Shown in pieces: positions 8,231-17,442 of a stretch of DNA of 64,000 nt. Position 1 is the first letter of the stretch. The number at the start of each line of letters is the position of its first letter. The notes below the pieces were generated by a model. It searched no databases. It had not been told where the DNA came from and worked only from the letters and a program-made list of their open reading frames with translations. Both the position numbers and the translations under genes were made by a program. This DNA is from Thermoanaerobaculaceae bacterium (GTDB lineage Bacteria > Acidobacteriota > Thermoanaerobaculia > Thermoanaerobaculales > Thermoanaerobaculaceae), in assembly GCA_963754345.1 (NCBI GenBank), contig CAVWFZ010000002.1:13392-77391 (forward strand). Direction: 5' to 3'.

Positions 8231-8923
8231 CTACCCGGCCTCCTCGCCCTCCTCGGCCTCGGCGGCCTTGCCGCGCTTGATGACCTCGGGCTCGGCGGCC
8301 TCCTCCGTCGCGGCGGCGGCTGCAGCAGCCTCCTCGGCGGCCTTCTCCTCCTCCTCGGCCTTCACGTGGTGCGTGGCGACGGTGACGATCACCTTGTGGG
8401 GGTCGTCCGCCAGCTTTGCGCCCTCGGGCAGAGGGATGTCGGCCGCGGTAAGGTGCTGGGAGAGCTGCAGGTGGCTGATGCCCACGTGGAACGCCTGCGG
8501 GATCTCCTCGGCCGGGCACTCCACGTGCAACGTGCGGCCCACCCAGTCGAGGAAGCCGCCGACCTTGACGCCTTCGGCCTCGCCCTCGAGCACGATCGGG
8601 ACCTCGACCTTGAGGCGCTGGCCCTTGATCACGCGGATGAAGTCCAGATGCATGTACTGCCGGGTGATCGGGTCGATCTGGGCGTCGCGCACCATCGCGT
8701 GACGCTCCTGCTTCGTCCCCTTCATCTTGAGCAGGAATATGGTGTTGCGGCCCTTCTCCTGGCGCAGCAGCTCGGTGACGGCGTGCCGGTCGATCACCAC
8801 CGGCACCGACTCCTTGCCGCCCCCATAGACGACCGCAGGGATCAGCCCTTGCTGGCGCAGCTTTCTGTTCGCGCCCTTGCCAGCGGAGCTGCGGCGCTCC
8901 ACCTCGATGACGAGCTCAGCCAT
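8231..8923 (-). CDS. rplY: 50S ribosomal protein L25 / general stress protein Ctc
   Basis: ATG at 8923 after GGAGGT. The N-terminal L25 fold (RKLRQQGLIPAVVYG) is followed by an acidic Ala/Glu-rich tail. Confidence 0.85.
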   Translation of the reverse strand: MAELVIEVERRSSAGKGANRKLRQQGLIPAVVYGGGKESVPVVIDRHAVTELLRQEKGRNTIFLLKMKGTKQERHAMVRDAQIDPITRQYMHLDFIRVIKGQRLKVEVPIVLEGEAEGVKVGGFLDWVGRTLHVECPAEEIPQAFHVGISHLQLSQHLTAADIPLPEGAKLADDPHKVIVTVATHHVKAEEEEKAAEEAAAAAAATEEAAEPEVIKRGKAAEAEEGEEAG

Positions 8924-9056
8924 AAAACCTACCTCCGCCCTCACGGCCGCGCCGCGAGGGGGATGTACTTTACCACAAGGCCCCGCGAGAGTCGACCTCT
9001 GCACGCACGCAAGCCACCTTCCCTGCGCCCTACGCCCTGTGCCCTGGACCCTGTTG

Positions 9057-10004
9057 CTAGACAAACAGGCTCGAGACCGACTTGCCCTCGTGGATGCGCC
9101 GGATGGCCTCGCCGAGCAGTTCGGCCACCGAGAGCTGGCGGATCTTGGGACAGGCGGCCGCTGCCGCGCCGAGGGGGATGGTGTCGGTCACGATGACCTG
9201 CTCCACGGAAGAGGACTGGATGCGCCCCACGGCTGGCCCCGAAAGCACAGGGTGGACGCCCGCCGCGAGCACCCGCGAGGCCCCGCGCGACGTCAACACC
9301 TCGGCTGTCTTCACCAGCGTCCCCGCGGTGTCGATGATGTCGTCCACGATGACGCAGGGACGCCCCTGCACGTCGCCGATGACGTTCAGCACCTCGGCGT
9401 GGTTGGGGCTGGTGCGGCGCTTGTCCATGATCGCGAGGCCCGCTTCCAGCCGCTTGGCGAAGGCGCGGGCGCGCTCGACGCCGCCGGCGTCGGGTGAGAC
9501 GATGACCATGTCCGGGAGCTCCAGGCGGCGAATCTCATCGATCAGGACCGGGGCCGCGAAGAGATGGTCCACCGGGATGTTGAAGAACCCCTGGATCTGG
9601 GCCGCGTGCAGGTCCATGGCGAGGATGCGCGTCGCCCCCGCTGAGGTGATGAGGTCGCAGATCAGCTTGGCCGTGATCGGCACCCTCGGGCGGTCCTTGC
9701 GGTCCTGGCGCGCGTAGCCGAAGTACGGGATCACCGCGGTGAGGCCGCTCGCCGACGAGCGCCGGCAGGCGTCCAGCAGGATCAGCAGCTCCATCAGGTT
9801 GTCGTTGGTCGGCGGGCAGGTGGGCTGGACGACGTAGACGTCGCCGCCGCGCACGTTCTCCTCGATCTGGGCGCCGTTCTCGCCGTCCGAGAAGTTGTAC
9901 AGGCGGACCTGGCCGCCCGGGATCTGCAGGTAGTCGCAGATGCGTTCGGTCAGGTGCGGGTGGGCCCGGCCCGAGAAGACGACTAAAGGGTTCTGTTCGT
10001 GCAT
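9057..10004 (-). CDS. prs: Ribose-phosphate pyrophosphokinase
   Basis: ATG at 10004. PRPP synthetase motifs VVSPDAGGVERAR and DDIIDTAGTL are present. Confidence 0.9.
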   Translation of the reverse strand: MHEQNPLVVFSGRAHPHLTERICDYLQIPGGQVRLYNFSDGENGAQIEENVRGGDVYVVQPTCPPTNDNLMELLILLDACRRSSASGLTAVIPYFGYARQDRKDRPRVPITAKLICDLITSAGATRILAMDLHAAQIQGFFNIPVDHLFAAPVLIDEIRRLELPDMVIVSPDAGGVERARAFAKRLEAGLAIMDKRRTSPNHAEVLNVIGDVQGRPCVIVDDIIDTAGTLVKTAEVLTSRGASRVLAAGVHPVLSGPAVGRIQSSSVEQVIVTDTIPLGAAAAACPKIRQLSVAELLGEAIRRIHEGKSVSSLFV

Positions 10005-10026
10005 GCCAACCTCGCAACCGGCAGTC

Positions 10027-10101
10027 TGGCTGGGGCGGCAGGACTCGAACCTGCACATGCGGGATCCAAAGTCCCGTGGCTTACCATTTGCCGACGCCCC
10101 A
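10027..10101 (-). tRNA. tRNA-Gln (anticodon UUG), 75 nt including an encoded CCA
   Basis: The reverse complement reads TGGGGCG...CGGGA-CTTTGGA-TCCCG...GGTTCGAGTCC...CGCCCCAG-CCA. It has a 7-bp acceptor stem, anticodon loop CUUUGGA and discriminator G. Confidence 0.85.
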
Positions 10102-10171
10102 GTCGGGGCAGAGTCTAGTTCCCCGACCGTCACCTGTCCACAAAGTTCAGAGGCCTTTCCGGACGGCGTTC

Positions 10172-10543
10172 CTACCGCTCCTCTTCCTCACCCTCTTCGT
10201 TGGTCCAGTACTTTTCGCCGAGAAGGCGATTGGCGATCTGCTGCGAGCGGGTGGCCGCCGCCCCCGCTTCCCCGGTCGCCCCGCGCTCGGTGGCGACCCG
10301 CTCGTACTCGGAGAGGATCGCCTCGTCCAGACGCTTCCTTGTGTCCGTGTTGAGCGGGTGGGCGATGTCGCGGAACGACCCGTTGCGCAGGCGACGCGAG
10401 GGCATCGAGACGTACACCGTGCCCTCCTTCCCTTCCAGCACCCGGATGTCGCCCACCAGGAAGCACCCGTCGAAGATCACCTGGGCGAAGGCCTTGACCT
10501 TGCCGCCCTTGTTCAGGTTGATGCGGACCTCGCTTATCTCCAT
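10172..10543 (-). CDS. spoVG: SpoVG family protein
   Basis: MEISEVRINLNKGGKVKAFAQVIFDGCFLVGDIRVLEGKEGTVYVSMPSRR is the canonical SpoVG sequence. Confidence 0.85.
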   Translation of the reverse strand: MEISEVRINLNKGGKVKAFAQVIFDGCFLVGDIRVLEGKEGTVYVSMPSRRLRNGSFRDIAHPLNTDTRKRLDEAILSEYERVATERGATGEAGAAATRSQQIANRLLGEKYWTNEEGEEEER

Positions 10544-10546
10544 GAC

Positions 10547-11446
10547 TCACTCCTCTCCAGCCGACGGCCGGAGGAGCGACGCCTCCCGGGTGAGCAGCGG
10601 GACGACCAGGAGGTCGAGGCCCGCCAGTTTCGCGGCGGCCCTCCTTGCCCCTTCCTCGTCCCCGTAGAGACCGAACACCGTTCCACCGCTTCCCGAGAGC
10701 AGCGCAAGCATCGGCTGCGTGGCGCGCACACCCGCCAGGCGCCGTCCGACCTCCGGCCAGCGCCCGGCCACCGTCGGCTGCAGGTCGTTTCGGCAGCTCC
10801 CGAGAGGCAGCTCACCGCCTGCAGTCACCCACTGGTATATCTCAGAATCCCGGCTCGCGTCCAGAGCGGCGGCGGAAAGCGCAGGCGCGCCCATCCTCCG
10901 GTAGACCTCCGCGGTCGAGATCGGCTCGGGGTCCGGCAACAAGACCAGCCACCAGGCCGGAAGGTCGGGCAACGGCGTCACCTCCGACCCACGCCCCACC
11001 CCCCAGGCGACCCCTCCGAGCAGGAAGAACGGCACATCCGCCCCAAGCGTTTCGCCGAGGGGCACCAGATTGTGAATTTCTTCACACGAACCCCACAGGC
11101 GGGCGAGAGCGACGAGCGCTGCGGCCGCATTCGCCGAACCGCCACCCAGCCCGGCGCCCACCGGGACGCGCTTGCGCAGCGCAATCCGAGCGCCGTGGCC
11201 CCCGCCCGTGCGGGCGTCGAGCGCCCTGGCCGCCCTCATCACCAGGTTGTCATCCCCGGCCGCGACGGCTCCCGCGGGCTCTACGGCCAGCTCGAAGACC
11301 CCCGGCGGCGCGGCCTCGAAGGCCAGCTCGTCCCACACCCCCACCGCTGCGAAGACCGTGCGCAACTCGTGGTAGCCGTCCGGCCGCCTGCCCAGCACCT
11401 CCAGGTGGAGGTTGACCTTGGCGGGGCAACGCACCCGCACCTTCAT
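10547..11446 (-). CDS. ispE: 4-diphosphocytidyl-2-C-methyl-D-erythritol kinase
   Basis: ATG at 11446 (MKVRVRCPAKVNLHLEVLGRRPDGYHEL). GHMP kinase motif PVGAGLGGGSANAAA. Confidence 0.85.
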   Translation of the reverse strand: MKVRVRCPAKVNLHLEVLGRRPDGYHELRTVFAAVGVWDELAFEAAPPGVFELAVEPAGAVAAGDDNLVMRAARALDARTGGGHGARIALRKRVPVGAGLGGGSANAAAALVALARLWGSCEEIHNLVPLGETLGADVPFFLLGGVAWGVGRGSEVTPLPDLPAWWLVLLPDPEPISTAEVYRRMGAPALSAAALDASRDSEIYQWVTAGGELPLGSCRNDLQPTVAGRWPEVGRRLAGVRATQPMLALLSGSGGTVFGLYGDEEGARRAAAKLAGLDLLVVPLLTREASLLRPSAGEE

Positions 11447-12141
11447 CTCACGCCCCCGCAGATGGGCGCCAAAAGCCAGGACGGCGGCGAAGGCGGGTCG
11501 CTGACACGCCACGCCCGGATGGTCAGATCGGCTTCCTGAGAGCCCGCCGTGATGGACACTTTCGCGGGTACGCGACCGTTGGAGTCCTTAACGTCCGCAG
11601 CCAACACGGGGGTCTCCTCGCCGGGCCGCGCGACCACCAGCCGCGTGAGGTGGGGCTCCGGCCCCTCGATCCGGGCCTGCCACCGGAGGCCCGCCGTCGT
11701 GGCCTCGACCCAGCCCGGCGCCTGCGGCAACTCGTGGGTGCCGGCAGGGAGCAGCCCCGAAAGCAGCAGTGTCGCGAGTTGCGGGTCGATCGGCAGCGAG
11801 GACTTCGTGGAAATCGGCAGCACCCCCTTGGGCAGCGGCTCGCGGCAGCTCTCCTTGATCCGGTGCACCCATCCCCCGTCCGGCCCCACCCATGCAGCCA
11901 GCGCCGCCCCCCCGGGCGGCACGGCAACGGTCAGGGAGAGCCTCTCGCCGTCGGCGCGCACAGCCAGGACGAGGTCGCGGTACCCGCAGCAGGAGAGCCG
12001 GTAGAGCCCGGAGAAGGGGCGCGGCTCTGCGATCAGCGACTGCCACTCGGCCGGCAGCGGCGCAGGTGATGCCACGTGGCGGCAGCCGGCAGTCGCCGCC
12101 AGGATCAGGAGCAGGAGGGCCGCGCTACGGCGCAGGTGCAC
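11443..12141 (-). CDS. Lipoprotein, LolB-like by position
   Basis: The lipobox LAATAGC sits in the signal peptide. The position lolB-ispE-prs matches the proteobacterial arrangement. Sequence similarity to LolB was not verified. Confidence 0.4.
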   Translation of the reverse strand: MHLRRSAALLLLILAATAGCRHVASPAPLPAEWQSLIAEPRPFSGLYRLSCCGYRDLVLAVRADGERLSLTVAVPPGGAALAAWVGPDGGWVHRIKESCREPLPKGVLPISTKSSLPIDPQLATLLLSGLLPAGTHELPQAPGWVEATTAGLRWQARIEGPEPHLTRLVVARPGEETPVLAADVKDSNGRVPAKVSITAGSQEADLTIRAWRVSDPPSPPSWLLAPICGGVR

Positions 12142-14071
12142 CCGTGACCTCGGCCAGCTTCTTCTCGATCCGCTCCTTCTGGCCCGCCTCCTCCGGGTCG
12201 AGGGTCAACGCCTTCGTGTACGCCTCGGCGGCCCTGGCCTTCTCGCCGCGGGCCCGGAAGAGATCGCCCACGTGCTCGTGGACGGTGGCGTCGAAGGGAT
12301 CGAGGCGCAGGCCCTCGATAAGGTGCTTCTCGGCGCGGTCGAGCTCCCCGAGGCGGAAGTACACCCAGCCCAGCGAGTCCTGGAAGGCACCCGAGGTTGG
12401 GTCCAGCTCGACGGCCTTGACGAGCATCGTGCGGGCCTCGTCGAGTTGGACTCCCTTGTCCGCGAACATGTAGCCGAGATAGTTGAGGGCAGCGGGGTTG
12501 TCGGGCTGCTTGGCGAGCAGCTTGCGGAACTGCACCACCGCCTCGTCCCACTTGCCGGAGCGTTCGAGCGCCGCGGCGTAGGCGAACAAGACCGCCGGCG
12601 GGTCGGCCAGGCGCGCCGTCGCTTCCTTCCCGCGCGAGGCTGCCTCCGCGTAGAGCTTCCGGCGGTCGAGGGCGCCCATGGCAGCCACCACGTCCTCCGG
12701 ATCCCCGGCGAACAAGCGGTCGACAGTTTGCTTGACCGCGGCCTCGTCGCCGGCGGCGATTCCGAACTCCACGAGCAACGAGTCGCGCAGGCGGACCGTC
12801 TCCTTCTCGTCCTCGATCTTGGTGTCGCGGACGAAAGCGAACCCTTCGCGGTACGACTCTCGCAGCCGGTAGTACTCACCCCAGAGGGCGAGCTGGCGCC
12901 GGTCCAGGGGCCCGTTTGAGAACTTCCGCAGCCACGTCAGCGCCGCGTCGGTCCTGTGGTCAAGAAGCTCAAGGGTCGCCCGCTCCTGGGCGATCTCGGC
13001 GGCGGCCTCCTCGCTGTCCAGCTTCTTCTCCTGAACCTGCTTCCAGAGACCGTCGAGGAGGGCCCGTGCCTCCGGGAGGCGCCGGGCGTCGATGAGCAGC
13101 CGCCCGAGGCCGAGTTCGGCATCGGGGTCACCGGGGTTGGCCGCGATGGCGCGCCGGTAGAGTTGCTCGGCCGCGTCCACATGACCGTTGCCGGCCTCGA
13201 GCATCGCTTTCAGGAGCAGCGCATCGTGCTGGTTCGGGTCGCTGGAGAGCACTTGGTCAAGGACCTCGGTGGCCCTGTCACGCTCGCCCGCACGCGCCAG
13301 CAGCGTGGCCCAGCGGGTGAGGCCGTTGAGCGTCACCCCCTCCTTCTTGAGGAACTCCCCGAGGACGTCCGCCGCTTCCTTGAACTTGCGGGCGGCGGCC
13401 AGCGTCTCCACCAGCTCGAGCGTGGCCCGCTGCCGCAGCTCGGGCACCGCCGCGGCGCGTTTGAGGTAGGTCACGGCCTCCTCGTACTTGCCCGTCTGGC
13501 GGAGCGCCTCGCCTGCGAGCACCCACAGCCTCGGGTCGTTGGGCCGCTCGTCCAGAAGGTATTGCACCTGCCCCCACGCCTGCTGTCCCCTCCCCATGCG
13601 CAACAGCGACTGTGCCAGCACCATTCGTGCCTGGCTTCCCTGCGGGAAAGCGTCCACGCCTTTCGTCAGGTGGGCGATCGCCACCTCCAGCTGGGCCGGG
13701 GTCTGGGCCGCCTGGGTCAGCAGGATGCCCAACGTGGCCTCCCCACCCATGGTCAGGTTCGGGACCTTCTGCAGTTGCTTGACCGCTTCGTCGCTCATGC
13801 CGCCGTCGGCCAGCGCCAGGCCGAACTCTTCCGCCAGCTCCAGGTTGTCGGGATCCAGCTCGCTTGCGCGGCGGAAGAGCTTCAGGCCCTCGGCGATCTC
13901 GCCGGAGGCCAGGCGGAGCTGCGCCTCCGCCACAATCGTCAGGGCTTCGACCGCGTGGTCGGACGGCACTGCCGACCGTTCCTTGGCGAGACTGGCCACG
14001 GCACCAGACAACGCCACCGCGGCCACAATAATCATTCCCAGACTTCGCCTCACCCTCACCTCCGCTGCCAT
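12125..14071 (-). CDS. Tetratricopeptide-repeat protein, secreted or membrane-anchored
   Basis: ATG at 14071 (MAAEVRVRRSLGMIIVAAVALSGAVA), then about 16 TPR-like units. The 285 codons upstream in the ORF are Arg/Gly-rich noise. Confidence 0.7.
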   Translation of the reverse strand: MAAEVRVRRSLGMIIVAAVALSGAVASLAKERSAVPSDHAVEALTIVAEAQLRLASGEIAEGLKLFRRASELDPDNLELAEEFGLALADGGMSDEAVKQLQKVPNLTMGGEATLGILLTQAAQTPAQLEVAIAHLTKGVDAFPQGSQARMVLAQSLLRMGRGQQAWGQVQYLLDERPNDPRLWVLAGEALRQTGKYEEAVTYLKRAAAVPELRQRATLELVETLAAARKFKEAADVLGEFLKKEGVTLNGLTRWATLLARAGERDRATEVLDQVLSSDPNQHDALLLKAMLEAGNGHVDAAEQLYRRAIAANPGDPDAELGLGRLLIDARRLPEARALLDGLWKQVQEKKLDSEEAAAEIAQERATLELLDHRTDAALTWLRKFSNGPLDRRQLALWGEYYRLRESYREGFAFVRDTKIEDEKETVRLRDSLLVEFGIAAGDEAAVKQTVDRLFAGDPEDVVAAMGALDRRKLYAEAASRGKEATARLADPPAVLFAYAAALERSGKWDEAVVQFRKLLAKQPDNPAALNYLGYMFADKGVQLDEARTMLVKAVELDPTSGAFQDSLGWVYFRLGELDRAEKHLIEGLRLDPFDATVHEHVGDLFRARGEKARAAEAYTKALTLDPEEAGQKERIEKKLAEVTGAPAP

Positions 14072-14205
14072 TGTAGTCTTCTCTTGCGGGGGGCTCTGCG
14101 GCACTCCGCCCACCCACCCGCCGCAGAAGTGCCCCCCGAACCCCCCGCGCTCGCGGGGAGTGAATCCCCGCTCGCTTGTCTCATCCGGCTTTTCATTCCG
14201 GGGGT

Positions 14206-15138
14206 TCAGGGGTGGTCGCTCCAGGCGGGCACGGTCGTCTTGGCCTCGGCCGGCAGCACAGCGAGGTCGCGGGCACCCGGGACGGGGACCTGCCCGCGCA
14301 GGTGCCTCCCTCCCTTCGCCAGCACGAGCAGGGCCTCGCCGGCGATGACCGCCACCTCTTCGCCTGCCGCGGCGAGCGCGGACACAGGGGCCGGCAGCGG
14401 GGTGCGAAACCTCTCCCGCAGCGGCTGCTTCGCAGAGGGATCCACCTTGAGGGCGAGTACCTCGCCCGAGGCACCGCTCGCGAGCCCCACGAGTACGTCC
14501 TTCCCGTTGGGCGCCAGACACAGGCAGCGCACCTCGCCGGCCACAGGCAGCTCGCCGCGGGCGCGCCCCTCGCCGAGCACAACTACTGCAGGGGTTGCGC
14601 CTCCCGTGGCCACCACGACGAACGCACCGTCGTTGGCCATCACGACCTGGGTGGCATCCCCCGGGAGGGCGACGGCCTGCGGCGTCCCTCCCTCCAGCAC
14701 CGCGATGAGGATCAGGGCGTGCGCCCCCACCTCGAACGGGATCGCTCCGACCAGGTGGCCGTCCTGCGAGGACGCGGCGCGCCGCACCCCCGACACTCCG
14801 GTCAGCGGAATGCGCTGCAACGGCAGCCGCTCGGGGTACGAGAGGGTCGCCAACAACCCGGGCATCACCACGTGCATGCGGTCGTAGTCGGCGAAGAACA
14901 TCGGGAAGACACGTCCGGGCCAACGCTCGGTCTTGCCGGTCGCGGCAATCACTGCAGTCGCGTCCTCTCCCTTGAGAGGGACAATGAGGCGAGCGTCGGG
15001 TGCCGCGAAGACCGCCAGGCCCTCCGAAGGCAACGGGATGCGTCGGATGACGGCCGGGCCCGCGACGTCCACGAAGACCACCTCATGCGGACAGAGAACC
15101 GCAGCTACGGTCGCGGCGAGCAGAGCAGCGGCAGGCAT
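14206..15138 (-). CDS. Hypothetical secreted protein
   Basis: Signal peptide MPAAALLAATVAAVLC. Gly/Val-rich beta-type sequence. The frame is consistent between the TPR gene and queG. Confidence 0.4.
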   Translation of the reverse strand: MPAAALLAATVAAVLCPHEVVFVDVAGPAVIRRIPLPSEGLAVFAAPDARLIVPLKGEDATAVIAATGKTERWPGRVFPMFFADYDRMHVVMPGLLATLSYPERLPLQRIPLTGVSGVRRAASSQDGHLVGAIPFEVGAHALILIAVLEGGTPQAVALPGDATQVVMANDGAFVVVATGGATPAVVVLGEGRARGELPVAGEVRCLCLAPNGKDVLVGLASGASGEVLALKVDPSAKQPLRERFRTPLPAPVSALAAAGEEVAVIAGEALLVLAKGGRHLRGQVPVPGARDLAVLPAEAKTTVPAWSDHP

Positions 15139-15172
15139 CGAGAGAGTGTACAGCCTTGTGTAGACTTGCGGG

Positions 15173-16141
15173 GTGTCCGGGCAGCTGGCCCGTGAGATCA
15201 AGAGCTATGCGAGGGAAACCCTGGGTTTCGACCTGGTGGGCATTGCCACGGCCGGGCCACTTCCGGGGGCCGAGCACCTGGCGCGCTGGGTGGCCGACGG
15301 GGCCCACGGTGACATGGGCTACATGGCCCGGACCGCGCATCTGCGGGGCGACCCGGGCCTCCTGCTCCCCGGCGCCCGGAGCGTGGTCTGCGTGGCGATG
15401 AGCTATCACACCGCGCCAGAGCCCCCAGAGCTGGGCGCACGGCGCGAGCGCGCGGTCGTCGCCCGCTATGCGCGGCGCAAGGACTACCACAAGGTCATCA
15501 AAACCCGCCTCGTACGCCTGGGACGCTTCGTTGCCGAGCGCGCCCCAGGGGCGCAGTGGCGTGCCGCCTGCGACACCGCCCCAGTTCTGGAGAAGGAGCT
15601 GGCACAGCGTGCCGGCCTCGGGTGGATCGGCAAGAACACCTGCCTCATCAACCGCACGTTGGGAAGCGAGCTGCTGCTCGGGGAGCTGCTGACGACGGTG
15701 GAGCTGCCCGCGGACGCGCCCGAGGGGGACCACTGTGGGACGTGCAACGCCTGCCTGGTCGCCTGCCCCACTCGAGCCTTCGTGGGGCCGCAAAGGCTCG
15801 ACGCGAGGCGCTGCATCTCCTACCTGACCATCGAGCACCGCGGCCCGATGTCTCGGCCGCTCCTCCCCGCGCTCGGCGGCCACCTCTTCGGCTGCGACGT
15901 CTGCCAGGCGGTCTGCCCCTGGAACCTCCACGCGCCGCCTTCGTGTGCGGGGGCCCTTGCGACCCGGGCGCGGCTAGCCGAGCTGTCGCTCGAGTCGCTT
16001 GAGGCGCTGGACCAGGCGGGCTGGGCGGACCTGTGTGCGGGTACGCCCGTGCGCCGTCTCGATTTCGACCGCTTCCGCCGCAACCTGGCCGCGATCGCCC
16101 CCGCCATGCGCCCGGGTCCGGCCGAGGAGGCGGAGGAATGA
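15173..16141 (+). CDS. queG: Epoxyqueuosine reductase
   Basis: Two 4Fe-4S ferredoxin motifs (CGTCNACLVACP and CDVCQAVCP) and the QueG N-terminal fold. Confidence 0.85.
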   Translation: MSGQLAREIKSYARETLGFDLVGIATAGPLPGAEHLARWVADGAHGDMGYMARTAHLRGDPGLLLPGARSVVCVAMSYHTAPEPPELGARRERAVVARYARRKDYHKVIKTRLVRLGRFVAERAPGAQWRAACDTAPVLEKELAQRAGLGWIGKNTCLINRTLGSELLLGELLTTVELPADAPEGDHCGTCNACLVACPTRAFVGPQRLDARRCISYLTIEHRGPMSRPLLPALGGHLFGCDVCQAVCPWNLHAPPSCAGALATRARLAELSLESLEALDQAGWADLCAGTPVRRLDFDRFRRNLAAIAPAMRPGPAEEAEE

Positions 16142-16455
16142 GCGAGGAGATGCGCTGGCAGCTCCTGATCGCGGAGGGCGAGATTCCGGACGGCGGCTTC
16201 CAGTTCACCTTCCAGGTGGGTCCCTTCACCGAGACGGGCATCCTCGTCCGCACGCCGGACGGGGTGCGCGCGTGGCGGAACCTCTGCCGGCACCTCTCGG
16301 TCCCGTTCGACCACGGCGACCCGGGGCGGTTTTTCACCTGTGACCGCCGCCATCTGGTGTGCGCCCATCACGGTGCGCTCTACCGCCCCCAGGATGGCCT
16401 GTGCGTCGCCGGGCCGCGCCGGGGGCCAGCCTGCGTCCGCTCCAGATCGCGGTGA
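16138..16455 (+). CDS. Rieske [2Fe-2S] domain protein
   Basis: CRHLSVPFDHG and CAHHGALYRPQDG give the CxH...CxxH Rieske ligands. The ATG overlaps the queG stop as ATGA. Confidence 0.6.
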   Translation: MSEEMRWQLLIAEGEIPDGGFQFTFQVGPFTETGILVRTPDGVRAWRNLCRHLSVPFDHGDPGRFFTCDRRHLVCAHHGALYRPQDGLCVAGPRRGPACVRSRSR

Positions 16456-16522
16456 GGCAGGGTTTGGTGTGTCTCGACACCGCGTCGCTTCCGGATCCCC
16501 TGGCCGGTTTTCGGCCGGCTCC

Positions 16523-16551
16523 TTGACATTTTGCCCCGGTGGGTCTATAAA
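16523..16551 (+). promoter_or_regulatory. Near-consensus sigma70 promoter (TTGACA, 17 nt, TATAAA) about 215 nt upstream of the lipoprotein gene
   Basis: Read directly as ccTTGACAttttgccccggtgggtcTATAAAccg. The long GC-rich leader that follows may be structured. Confidence 0.35.
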
Positions 16552-16765
16552 CCGCGCCTCAGAGGGCCTAAAAGGGTTCCTCGCGGAGGTGGTGGCCCGC
16601 CGGAATCAAGAAAGAGGAGCGACTAACGTGGGCTCCCACCGCGCTCGGGCAGCCGGTGATCTCCCGTTTGTGCCAAGTTGCACATCGAACAGCAAGAGAG
16701 TAGGATGCGAACCGGCATCGCGAGATGCCAACCTCAAGGCAGGAGGAGAGGAAAGGAGAGCTGAG

Positions 16766-17386
16766 ATGCGCAAGAGTCACGTTTTCGTTGGTGTGTTGCT
16801 GTTGGTTTCGGCCGTCCTGGCCGTCGGCTGCGCGAAGCCCCCGCAGCTGGAGATCGATGCTACAAAGGCCGCGCTGACCGCCGCCGAGCAGGCTGAGGCG
16901 CCCAAGTACGCCGCCGAGGCGTGGGACAAGGCCCAGCAGGGCATGAACGCGGTCAATGCCGAGCTCGAGGCCCAGAACGCCAAGTTCGCCCTGTTCCGCT
17001 CGTACACCAAGGCCAAGCAGCTCATCGCCGACGCCACCAACGCCGCCAACGCCGCCAAGGACGCCGGTATTGCGGGCAAGGAGAAGGCGAAGAACGAGGC
17101 CAAGGCCGCCATCGACGCAGCCAAGGCAGCTCTGGACGGCGCCAACGCGCTGTTCGCGGCGATCGAGAAGTGCCCCAAGGCCAAGCGGGCCAAGGAAGTG
17201 AAGAAAGACCTCGAAACCGTCAAGGGCAACCTGGACGGCTACAAGAACCAGGTCGCCGAGCTCGACGGCAAGTTCTCCAAGGAGGACTTCTTCGGCGCCA
17301 AGGCGCAGGCCGACACCCTGAAGGGTCAGATCGCGCCCGTTGCCAAGGACCTCGAGGGCATCAAGACCAAGTTCAAGTGCAAGTAA
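16766..17386 (+). CDS. Lipoprotein with Ala/Lys-rich helical repeats (DUF4398-like)
   Basis: ATG at 16766 after AGGAGAGG. Signal peptide with lipobox LAVGC. Confidence 0.55.
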   Translation: MRKSHVFVGVLLLVSAVLAVGCAKPPQLEIDATKAALTAAEQAEAPKYAAEAWDKAQQGMNAVNAELEAQNAKFALFRSYTKAKQLIADATNAANAAKDAGIAGKEKAKNEAKAAIDAAKAALDGANALFAAIEKCPKAKRAKEVKKDLETVKGNLDGYKNQVAELDGKFSKEDFFGAKAQADTLKGQIAPVAKDLEGIKTKFKCK

Positions 17387-17442
17387 GGCTGTTGCGTCTC
17401 GAGCGTACACGGACGGCGGCGGGAAACCGCCGCCGTTCTGCT

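Noticed and set aside
10102-10130. Hairpin GTCGGGG-N12-CCCCGAC between spoVG and tRNA-Gln
   Set aside because: There is no U-tract. It is more likely a processing or structural element than a terminator, so it was not called.
16921-17442. The ORF track extends the L,D-transpeptidase by 174 N-terminal residues (Gln/Arg/Gly-rich)
   Set aside because: The extension overlaps the upstream lipoprotein gene in another frame and lacks coding features. The true start is the ATG at 17443, which precedes the lipobox.
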